Source of the DNA: an uncultured bacterium
GTDB taxonomy: Bacteria; Vulcanimicrobiota; JAJTBE01; CAYNGH01
Direction: 5' to 3'
NCBI GenBank assembly: GCA_964396845.1
Contig: CAYNGH010000004.1
Coordinates: 1 to 59,948 of the forward strand
Length of the DNA stretch: 59,948 nucleotides
Translations under genes and position numbers: made by a program
Shown: one piece after another, positions 1 to 7,704 of the stretch
How positions within the stretch are numbered: the first letter of the stretch is position 1
How the letters are laid out: every line of letters begins with the position of its first letter
The notes under the pieces: generated by a model
What the model was told of the DNA's origin: nothing
The model's database searches: none
The model's input: the letters and a program-made list of their open reading frames with translations, nothing else

Positions 1-1377
1 ATCCAGTTTCTTCAACTGGAGTTGTTCAACAATCGGTTTTATTCCAGGGGGCATTTCAATCGGTTTTCTGCATTTGGGGCAAAGGCGACGAACCAGTCTT
101 TGAGCCACTGCCCCGATGAGGGTTGAGGCAATAAGATACGGAGCCACGTTCATATCCCGCAGGCGGTTTATGACCCCCACCGCGTCGTTGGTGTGGATGG
201 TGGACAGAACCAGATGTCCTGTCTGGGCTGCTTTAAAAGAAATTTCCGCGGTTTCCTCATCCCGGATTTCCCCCACCAGTATCACATCGGGGTCCTGCCG
301 GAGAAACTCCCGCAAGGCCCTGGAGAAGGTCACTTTTTTCTCATCCTCCTTGGGGGCAAGGTTCACCTGCACCTGCACCACACCGCTCATGTCGTATTCG
401 ATGGGATCCTCTACGGTGAGAAGTTTGCGGTCGGGACGGTTTATTTCCTTGAGGCTGGCATAAAGGGTGGTGGATTTTCCTGAACCCGTTGGGCCGGAAA
501 CAAGAATAATGCCGTAGGGGTGGGACACCATCTGGGAATACAGGTCAAGCTGGTCATCGGAAAAACCCAGGGTCTGAAGATTCAGGCTGAAGTCACTCTT
601 GTTGAGAAGACGCATGACGATGCTCTCCCCGGCAGGTACCGGGACGATGCTGACCCGCAGATCGAAAGCCTGTGGGCCTATGACAACACTGATGCGTCCA
701 TCCTGGGTAACCCGATCCTGGGATATGTCCATATTAGCCATGATTTTGATCCGATGAATCAGGGCACTGGCTTTCCCCCGGTCGTCTATTTCGTCAATCA
801 CATGGAGAACCCCGTCAATGCGGTAGCGGATGATGAGTACTTTGTCGAAGGTTTCAAGGTGTATGTCTGATGCCCCCAGGGATATGGCCTCGCTGATGAG
901 CCGGTTGGCCCTTTCAATGACCGTGCCGGTAATCTTGGTGTCCAGTTGATCTCCGGCACCGCTTTGAATCAACTCCAGGCTTTCTCCGACAAACTTCTTC
1001 CCTTCTAACCATTCGGTCCATTGCGATCCCTGGGCACCTACGGGAATGTTATAGACAAACTGAAGGGCCAGATCGATCATCTTGGGTTCAGCTTTGAAAA
1101 GGGTTATTTTGTATTTATTTTTGGTGGCATACTCCACCTGGTCGTATATGTATATCTGGGTTGGGTCCTTTACCGCGATGCTGATAGCGTCCTCATCGGG
1201 CATTCCGATGATAATCCCTTCGATTTTCCTGCTGATCTCCTCGGGAACCATAGAGGCCAGGGTTCTGTCGATCTCCATGGTGGAAAGATCAATAAAGGGG
1301 ACATTTTCGAATACATTCCTGTGAGATGTTCCTTCTTTGCCGGACACCTTGTCGCTGGCACTCAGATTATTACTCAT
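1..1377 (-). CDS. GspE/PilB-family secretion ATPase, 3' end cut by the window edge (459 codons present)
   Basis: It is absent from the ORF track because it runs off the left edge. My own reverse-strand translation from the ATG at 1377..1375 gives MSNNLSASDK... It shows a T2SSE_N-like N-domain, Walker A GPTGSGKST (in frame, around 455-500), Asp box DPDVILVGEIRD, His box LVLSTIHTND and a CPKC motif. It starts 18 nt after the gspF-like stop. Confidence 0.9.
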   Translation of the reverse strand, partial: MSNNLSASDKVSGKEGTSHRNVFENVPFIDLSTMEIDRTLASMVPEEISRKIEGIIIGMPDEDAISIAVKDPTQIYIYDQVEYATKNKYKITLFKAEPKMIDLALQFVYNIPVGAQGSQWTEWLEGKKFVGESLELIQSGAGDQLDTKITGTVIERANRLISEAISLGASDIHLETFDKVLIIRYRIDGVLHVIDEIDDRGKASALIHRIKIMANMDISQDRVTQDGRISVVIGPQAFDLRVSIVPVPAGESIVMRLLNKSDFSLNLQTLGFSDDQLDLYSQMVSHPYGIILVSGPTGSGKSTTLYASLKEINRPDRKLLTVEDPIEYDMSGVVQVQVNLAPKEDEKKVTFSRALREFLRQDPDVILVGEIRDEETAEISFKAAQTGHLVLSTIHTNDAVGVINRLRDMNVAPYLIASTLIGAVAQRLVRRLCPKCRKPIEMPPGIKPIVEQLQLKKLD

Positions 1378-1395
1378 AATATCATCTTCCTCATG

Positions 1396-2643
1396 TTACA
1401 TTTGCGACTGGATAGCCTGGGAAATTCCCATTATGGGAAGCAGAACCCCGATGACAAAGAAGAATACAATAAATCCCACAAAAACCATCATTGCAGGTTC
1501 CATCAATGATGTCAGGGATTCCAGGGAGCTTTCCAGGTCATTGTCGTAATAATCGGCCACCCGTTTGAACATCTCAGCCAGGTTGCCGGTTTCCTCGCCC
1601 ACCGCCAGCATCTGAATCATCAAGTTAGGGAAAATCTTCTGATTTGTCAGGGCCACCGACATTTTTCTTCCCTGCTCAATTTCATCACAGGCATCCTGAA
1701 GTTTCTTCTGCAAGAACACGTTGCTGGCAGACCGGGAAGAGAGCTTGATGCTGTCTAAAAGTCCCACACCGCTGGAAAGCAGTGTGCTCATGGATTCTCC
1801 CATCTGGGCAAAATACTGCATCTGCAAAAATCCCTGAAGAAAAGGAAAGTTGAACAGGATTTTATCAAAGACGAGATGACTTTTCGGGAATCGAATGATA
1901 AGCCGGTAGATGACATAAAGGGCCACCACCAGACCGATTATGGCAAAAATAACCCACCCATGCTGAAACACATCACTGACATCAAGAAGCATCTGAGTCA
2001 GGGGATAATCCCGTTTCAGGTTCAGCCCCGAGGATTTGAACATAGGTTCAAAGCCAGGGAGAAGATAGACCATCATCAGGTAAACCAGAGTCGAGGCAAA
2101 CACCAGGATAAAGATGGGATAGGACAAAGCGGATTTAATCTTCTGGCGGAGGGCATATTGTTTTTCCAGGGTGTCCGCCAGCCGGCTCATCACTTCCGGC
2201 AGTGAGCCGGATGACTCTCCCACCTTGACCATGCTCATATAAAAATCATCAAAGGGCGGATTGTGGACCCTCATGGCTTCATACAGGGATTTGCCATTCT
2301 GCAGGTCTTCCATAATCCTGTCGATGACACGTTCTAAATTTTTGCTGATGGACTGGCTTTTCAGAAGAGTAAGGCACCGCAGTATGGGCAGTCCCGCCCT
2401 GAGGGTGGAGGCCAGTTGTCGTGTAAAAAAGACCAGCCGTTTATGAGAAATCCCAATCTCAAAACTTATTTCAATCTTGCCGGTGCTCTTCTCCGGCAGG
2501 GGTGCCTGATCCAGTTGCCGGATGTCCAGTATGGTATAACCTTGTTCCTTGAGGCTGTTGATTAGATCAATCCTGTTGGACGCGTGGCCGGTCCTGTTGA
2601 TGACCTTGCCGGAAGAATCCACTGCTTTGTATTCAAAATCCAT
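1396..2643 (-). CDS. GspF/PilC-family inner-membrane platform protein
   Basis: The translation MDFEYKAVDSSGKVI... and the duplicated T2SSF-type helical/TM architecture are typical of GspF/PilC. The ATG at 2643 is preceded by GGAGGG. The track ORF starts at a TTG at 2655. Confidence 0.9.
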   Translation of the reverse strand: MDFEYKAVDSSGKVINRTGHASNRIDLINSLKEQGYTILDIRQLDQAPLPEKSTGKIEISFEIGISHKRLVFFTRQLASTLRAGLPILRCLTLLKSQSISKNLERVIDRIMEDLQNGKSLYEAMRVHNPPFDDFYMSMVKVGESSGSLPEVMSRLADTLEKQYALRQKIKSALSYPIFILVFASTLVYLMMVYLLPGFEPMFKSSGLNLKRDYPLTQMLLDVSDVFQHGWVIFAIIGLVVALYVIYRLIIRFPKSHLVFDKILFNFPFLQGFLQMQYFAQMGESMSTLLSSGVGLLDSIKLSSRSASNVFLQKKLQDACDEIEQGRKMSVALTNQKIFPNLMIQMLAVGEETGNLAEMFKRVADYYDNDLESSLESLTSLMEPAMMVFVGFIVFFFVIGVLLPIMGISQAIQSQM

Positions 2644-2820
2644 ATAGCCCTCCAACTGTATATATTATAATTAAGATAAATTTTCATATATCCTTCATCC
2701 GCAATATTTTTTTGCCTCGGGGCCACACAAAAAGGAACCCCTTTTCCCGCATCTTCAAGAGGAGATTTCCTGTTTTATTAGAAGGAATATCAACAACCCA
2801 TTATAAGGGGGGGAGAGGAA

Positions 2821-3654
2821 ATGAAAGAGATAATAAACAAAGCCAGGGAATCCATCAACTGGTTTATCAGTTTTCTCATGGGCAAGGAAGAAATGCCAAA
2901 ACTCCAGCAGGCAGCCATGCGGGGTGACATGCGGGAATGCGACTGGTGGCTTTCCAGGGGAGTTGATTTAAACGAGAAGGACAAGGTTGGCGAAACAGCC
3001 CTTCACAAGGCTGCAAAAGCGGACTGCGCTGAAGTCATGGAAATGCTCATACTGCGGGGAGCCAATGTCAACGCTGTTGACGACAAGGGCCAGACGCCCC
3101 TGTTTTTTGCATCATCTCCAAATATTGCAAGGATATTGCTTGATAACAAGGCAGAACTCATGTATCGGGACAAGTTGAGCAAATCTGTCCTTCATTCCGC
3201 GGCAGCCTCGGGAAACATTGACGTGGCGCAGTTCTTTCTGGCAAAGAAAATATCCATCGGAGCCACATCGGTGGAGGGGACTCCCCTGCATCTGGCGGCG
3301 AAGCATGGTCATCCCCGGATGGTGGATTTTCTGCTGTCCAAGGGTGCAGATAAAAACGCCAAGGCGAACCATAATATCACCCCCATATATCTTGCCAGTC
3401 AGCATGGTCATGAAGAGATCGTCAAGACCTTGGAGATGATGGGAGCTGACGTGAATATTGCCGACACCGAGGGGAATACTCCCCTGCACCGGGCAGCGGA
3501 AAACGGTTTCCTGGAAATCTGTCGGGTTCTGGAGAGTCGGGGAGCCGAGCTGAACACCCGCAACCAGCAGGGAAAGACCCCCCTCTGGCTTGCAAAAAAC
3601 AACGGAAAGGATCTGGTGGTAGCGTTTCTCAAGCCCAGGGGCGGTGTTGAATAG
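2821..3654 (+). CDS. Ankyrin-repeat protein (about 7 repeats), no signal peptide
   Basis: Repeated G-x-TPLH-x-AA-x-x-GH-x-x-(V/I)-x-x-LL-x-x-GA-(D/N) units, for example EGTPLHLAAKHGHPRMVDFLLSKGAD. The SD GGAGAGGAA lies directly upstream of the ATG. The gene ends in TAG at 3652..3654. Confidence 0.9.
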   Translation: MKEIINKARESINWFISFLMGKEEMPKLQQAAMRGDMRECDWWLSRGVDLNEKDKVGETALHKAAKADCAEVMEMLILRGANVNAVDDKGQTPLFFASSPNIARILLDNKAELMYRDKLSKSVLHSAAASGNIDVAQFFLAKKISIGATSVEGTPLHLAAKHGHPRMVDFLLSKGADKNAKANHNITPIYLASQHGHEEIVKTLEMMGADVNIADTEGNTPLHRAAENGFLEICRVLESRGAELNTRNQQGKTPLWLAKNNGKDLVVAFLKPRGGVE

Positions 3655-3774
3655 ATTTTGAAACTCGACAGGAACTATTTTATTTCATTCAATGACATGC
3701 AAGCCATACAACACAAAAGCTGACAGGATGGAAAATCCAGCTGGCAGACGAACAAAACTACGAAGGAAATCAGG

Positions 3775-4551
3775 ATGAAACTGGACATAAACGCAAGACT
3801 GCGGGCGTCAGGAACATCCGGCGACAAGGTGGAGGCGGCATTATGCCTGATCAAGGGCGCTGATGTCAACGCGCCTGACAAGGACGGAATGACCCCCCTG
3901 CACCTGGCTTGTCTTTACGACAATACCGATGTGGCGGAGTTTTTTCTCAAGAAAGGTGCTGACCAGAACGCTGTCAACAAAAACGGAAAAAATCCCGGCG
4001 ACCTGGCCCGGGAAAAGGGAAACCGCAATATCCTGGAAATTCTGCGCCGTTTTCGAAACCAGGACGTTGCTCTGATTTCCGATGACATCCATGAACTTCT
4101 GCGAAACAATGACCTCAAGGGGATAATGCTCCTGCTGGAAAGACAGCCGAATCTGGTGAGCAAGTCAGAAAACGGATTTTCCCCTCTTCATCTGTCGGCC
4201 TTTATCGGCAACCGATTCGTGGCATCCCTGCTCATCAAGAAGGGGGCTGACATACGGGCATTGAACGAGGATGGTTTGATGCCTATTCATATTGCCGTCA
4301 TGAAGGGACACAAGGCCCTGGTGGAAACCCTTCTGGAGGCGGGATGCAGTATAAACGAACGGGACAACAACGGCTTCACTCCCCTGCACTGGGCTGCTTC
4401 CCGGGGAAACATGGAAATGGCTCAGCTTCTCATCGAAAAGGGAGCCAATATCAACGCCGTCGGCAATCACAAGAAGACTCCCCTCTACTATGCCGAGGAA
4501 TACGGCCACAAGAAAGTGTGCGAAATGCTCCGGGAAGCCGGAGGCCGTTAG
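3775..4551 (+). CDS. Ankyrin-repeat protein
   Basis: Ankyrin consensus units such as DGMTPLHLACLYDNTDVAEFFLKKGAD, NGFSPLHLSAFIGN and NGFTPLHWAASRGNMEMAQLLIEKGAN. Confidence 0.9.
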   Translation: MKLDINARLRASGTSGDKVEAALCLIKGADVNAPDKDGMTPLHLACLYDNTDVAEFFLKKGADQNAVNKNGKNPGDLAREKGNRNILEILRRFRNQDVALISDDIHELLRNNDLKGIMLLLERQPNLVSKSENGFSPLHLSAFIGNRFVASLLIKKGADIRALNEDGLMPIHIAVMKGHKALVETLLEAGCSINERDNNGFTPLHWAASRGNMEMAQLLIEKGANINAVGNHKKTPLYYAEEYGHKKVCEMLREAGGR

Positions 4552-4567
4552 AACCGTTTCACACTCT

Positions 4568-6184
4568 TCAGTGATCATCCCCTGTTCCATACCGGATCAG
4601 CCTTGCGTGGTTTCTGCTTCTGTGCCTCTTGATTCTTTCAAAGGTTTTATCAAATTCCCCTCCATCAAAGAGCCTTCCTGTATGCAGGTCTTTTCGGGCT
4701 TTTTGATCAACAATCTTTTTCACATAGTCCGGGGCGGTTCTGATGGACTTGAGCAGATGTTCCCGGGCTTTTTCATCATCCCGGATTGAAGCGGATATCT
4801 TGGCCCGGAGAAACTCCACCAGCACATCCCGCAGAAACAGCCTCCTGCCGGTGCCGGCTTCCATTGTTTTTAAAAATTTTTCTGCCCCCTGAGGATCACT
4901 GCTCCTGAGATACCATTCAACCCGGGCAATGACATGGTTGAGATTGTCAGGAAACGCCACCATGGCCCGGTCAAGGGATTTATCCGCTTCGCTGAAGTTC
5001 TCCTGTTCCATATGAATCATGGCCAGTCCCACATATGCGTCAGAACGATAAAGATTGTTCTCGGGGTTCTGTTCCTGAATCTCCACCGCTTTTTGAAAAT
5101 GTTGCCGGGCTTCCTCCAGTTTTCCCTGATGATACAGAGCTTGTCCCAGTGTAACCTGAATTTCCGAGAGAAACTTGTATTGGGGGCCTGCCTCCATTCC
5201 CTTCCGGAAGGCTTCTTCAGCATCAGAGTATCGGCCCATATCCATCAGAAGGGCCCCTTCCATCAGATAGGCTTGAAAATTATCCGGATCCAGCTCGATT
5301 ATGCGGTTTGTCAGCTGGATGGTGCGGTCCAAATCCCCGGTGTTGTAAAGATAATCCTCGGCCATCAGCACAAAGGTCAGCTGGTGATCCGGGAAACGTT
5401 CAATCCCCCGGGTGAATATTTCAAGACCCTTCTCAATGTTCCCGGGGCCTCCAATTTCAAAGTAGCACTGACCCAGGGATCCATAGGCAAAGGGAAGCTC
5501 CGGGTTGAGTTCGATGGCCCTCTCCAGAACAGGAATGGCCCTGGGTGCGTCGTTATTGTGAAGAAGATAGCTGGATCCCAGAAGATAATGGGTGAAGCCG
5601 TCATCGGGCTGATATTTCAGGGCTTTTTTTGCCCATTTGATACTGCGGGTATATTCTCCCATCTTATATCGGGCATTGGCCATCATCTGGAGATTCCGGG
5701 GATTCTCCGGCTCCAGAGAAACCAGCCGGTCAACATGGATGAAGAAATTATCATAATCCTCCCGCATCAGGCAGTTCCAGCCCGCCAGGTAAAGAACCTC
5801 AGTATTGTCAGGATCTTTTTTCAAAACCCCCGCCAGATGATTGTAATCCCTCTCCATATCCGGAGGCCCCGGCACCCGGAAGAAACTTTCAGGCAGGTGC
5901 CTGAGCCTCAGTTGCTGGATGTAAGGGTCAATCCCGTAGCCGTCAAGGGTCATATTGGGAGCCGGAGGTTTTGGAACTGCAGGCTGGAGGCCCCTGTCGC
6001 CGGGAGTATCCCCAGGGAGTCCCGTGCCTTCTACCGTCACCGGAGGCCCCTGGCCCGGGGAATGAATCTTTTCTGATTTATGAAAAGCCCCGCCAATGAG
6101 CAGTACATGAAGAACCGCCACTGCCACGACAATCAGAAGCAGTTTTATAAGGTGATTTTTGTTATCTGAACAGGATTTGCGCAT
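4568..6184 (-). CDS. TPR-repeat protein with an N-terminal membrane anchor and a Pro-rich linker
   Basis: It has an N-terminal hydrophobic helix (LIKLLLIVVAVAVLHVLLIGGAF). A Pro/Gly-rich stretch follows, then many 34-aa TPR-like units of the A-x-x-x-(F/Y)-x-x-A-(L/I)-x-x-x-P type. Confidence 0.85.
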   Translation of the reverse strand: MRKSCSDNKNHLIKLLLIVVAVAVLHVLLIGGAFHKSEKIHSPGQGPPVTVEGTGLPGDTPGDRGLQPAVPKPPAPNMTLDGYGIDPYIQQLRLRHLPESFFRVPGPPDMERDYNHLAGVLKKDPDNTEVLYLAGWNCLMREDYDNFFIHVDRLVSLEPENPRNLQMMANARYKMGEYTRSIKWAKKALKYQPDDGFTHYLLGSSYLLHNNDAPRAIPVLERAIELNPELPFAYGSLGQCYFEIGGPGNIEKGLEIFTRGIERFPDHQLTFVLMAEDYLYNTGDLDRTIQLTNRIIELDPDNFQAYLMEGALLMDMGRYSDAEEAFRKGMEAGPQYKFLSEIQVTLGQALYHQGKLEEARQHFQKAVEIQEQNPENNLYRSDAYVGLAMIHMEQENFSEADKSLDRAMVAFPDNLNHVIARVEWYLRSSDPQGAEKFLKTMEAGTGRRLFLRDVLVEFLRAKISASIRDDEKAREHLLKSIRTAPDYVKKIVDQKARKDLHTGRLFDGGEFDKTFERIKRHRSRNHARLIRYGTGDDH

Positions 6185-6189
6185 TTTTT

Positions 6190-6445
6190 TTCTGGGAACC
6201 TTTTTCGTGACCCAGCTTAAAACCGGAGAATATCAGGCGTGATCCATTCTTGGAAAATGGGGAAAACATGAGTCGTGATGGTAATTGATCAGAAGGCCAA
6301 ATAATCGGGCCGATTCGAGCTTGACTTTAGAAGCGCTCAATATGAATCGTGATGTTCATCATCGGGCCGATTCAAATCAAGTTTCAATATCACCTGCCAA
6401 GTCCGGCTTCCCCGAACCCCTTTCACAAAGCTTTAAATCACGTAT
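6190..6445 (+). repeat. Dispersed intergenic repeat, copy A (composite of short modules)
   Basis: 6190..6301 aligns by hand with the reverse complement of 16834..16942. Shared blocks are GGGAACC(C)TTTT, TTAAAACC-G-GAATAT, TTGGAAAA-GGGGAAAA-ATGAGTCG-GAT and GATC-G--GGCCAAA. The submodule (A/G)TCGTGATG...ATCGGGCCGATTC recurs around 6272 and 6345. A core-like copy lies at 6408..6440. It sits in a 436-bp gap with no convincing gene. Confidence 0.7.
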
Positions 6446-6620
6446 TACCAAGCATTTACAATACCTGGCATTACTTCTTATTAATATGTGATCAGATATT
6501 TTTTTTAGAACCCACCTTCTTCCTGTTTGTTCGTTATCAAATGATATTTGGGCTTGCTAAAAGCACTCATCTATCTAAGCTCAACTTTGAATAACTCCTG
6601 ATCTGAAAAGTTCAAGTGGC

Positions 6621-7685
6621 TCATTGCTGGGCCTTTTTTGGGAAATTATCCAGAATCCTTGCCACGGCAAACTTCTTTCGATCCCTGGCCACTTCTGCCG
6701 GAGTCATATTCCCAAGGCCGGTGATTGAAGAATCCGCCCCGGCAGAAAGAAGGATTTCCACGGTTTTTACATGCCCCTCCTTGGCGGCGAAAAAAAGAGG
6801 TGTCTGCCCGCTCTTGTCCCGGAGGTTGACATCGGCCCCGGCATTGATAAGAAAAGCCACCATATCAGCATTCCCCTGTCCCGAGGCATCATGGAGGGGC
6901 GTGCCTCCGTCCTCCTTTGCCGGGTTCACCTGAGCGCCGGATTTTATTAAGAACTCTGCAATCTCTGCGTGTTCATAATAGACGGCATTGTGCAGGGGAG
7001 CATCCCCCGCCAGGTCCCGGGTTTCAAGGGATGCTCCTCTGGACACCAGAAGCCTCACCACAGGGAGGTTTCCCTTTTCACAGAATATGTGCAGGGGAGT
7101 CATACCGTCATTGTCGGGAACATCCGCCAGAGCGCCATTTTCCAAAAGGAACTCCGCACACATGATATTTGGCGCATTGTGCAGGGGAGTACCCCCTTTT
7201 TTGTGGCGGGCGTTAACATGGGCGCCTTTTTCCACCAGCATTTTCAACACCGGCAGGCTACGGGCCAGAAACACCGGCGTTACATCAAGGCTGTTGACGG
7301 CATTAACCGGGGCTCCCTTTTCTATGAGGTATTCCACCGCCGGGAGATCATCCCGGTAAACTGCGTAATGAAGCGGGGCCCACAAATCAGCATCCCCGGC
7401 CTCAATGGATGCTCCCGCTTCTCTGAGAACCTTCAGAACTTCAACCCCGCAGGCAAGATGCATCGGCCCCCGGCCATGGGAATCCACCATTTTCAACACC
7501 TGGGGAGATTCCCGAATCAACTCCTCCACCTGTTCCGGGGTCCCCCGGGAAAATATCTCCTCCTGCCGGGGGGTCATGACTTCCGGTGATTGCCCTTCCC
7601 CCGGCGGACTGCATCCGGAAGCCCACAGGATGAAGATTATAATGCAAAGAACTTGTGAGAGCCTGTTCATTGAGAGTCTGTTCAT
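6621..7685 (-). CDS. Ankyrin-repeat protein with an N-terminal signal peptide and a possible lipobox
   Basis: MNRLSMNRLSQVLCIIIFILWASGC is followed by about 8 ankyrin units (GGTPLHNA, DGMTPLHIFCEKGN, GDAPLHNAVYYEH, GGTPLHDASGQGN, GQTPLFFAAKEGH). The track ORF starts at 7739 and overlaps the upstream gene. The ATG at 7685 (or 7670) lies just after that gene's stop and is more plausible. Confidence 0.85.
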   Translation of the reverse strand: MNRLSMNRLSQVLCIIIFILWASGCSPPGEGQSPEVMTPRQEEIFSRGTPEQVEELIRESPQVLKMVDSHGRGPMHLACGVEVLKVLREAGASIEAGDADLWAPLHYAVYRDDLPAVEYLIEKGAPVNAVNSLDVTPVFLARSLPVLKMLVEKGAHVNARHKKGGTPLHNAPNIMCAEFLLENGALADVPDNDGMTPLHIFCEKGNLPVVRLLVSRGASLETRDLAGDAPLHNAVYYEHAEIAEFLIKSGAQVNPAKEDGGTPLHDASGQGNADMVAFLINAGADVNLRDKSGQTPLFFAAKEGHVKTVEILLSAGADSSITGLGNMTPAEVARDRKKFAVARILDNFPKKAQQ

Positions 7686-7704
7686 GATGTTATTATAGCG
7701 GATT

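Noticed and set aside
116-1509. Several plus-strand ORFs (116..463, 520..870, 1021..1509) listed in the track at the left edge.
   Set aside because: They lie antisense to the edge-truncated GspE/PilB gene. That gene translates cleanly on the minus strand and shows Walker A, Asp-box and His-box motifs.
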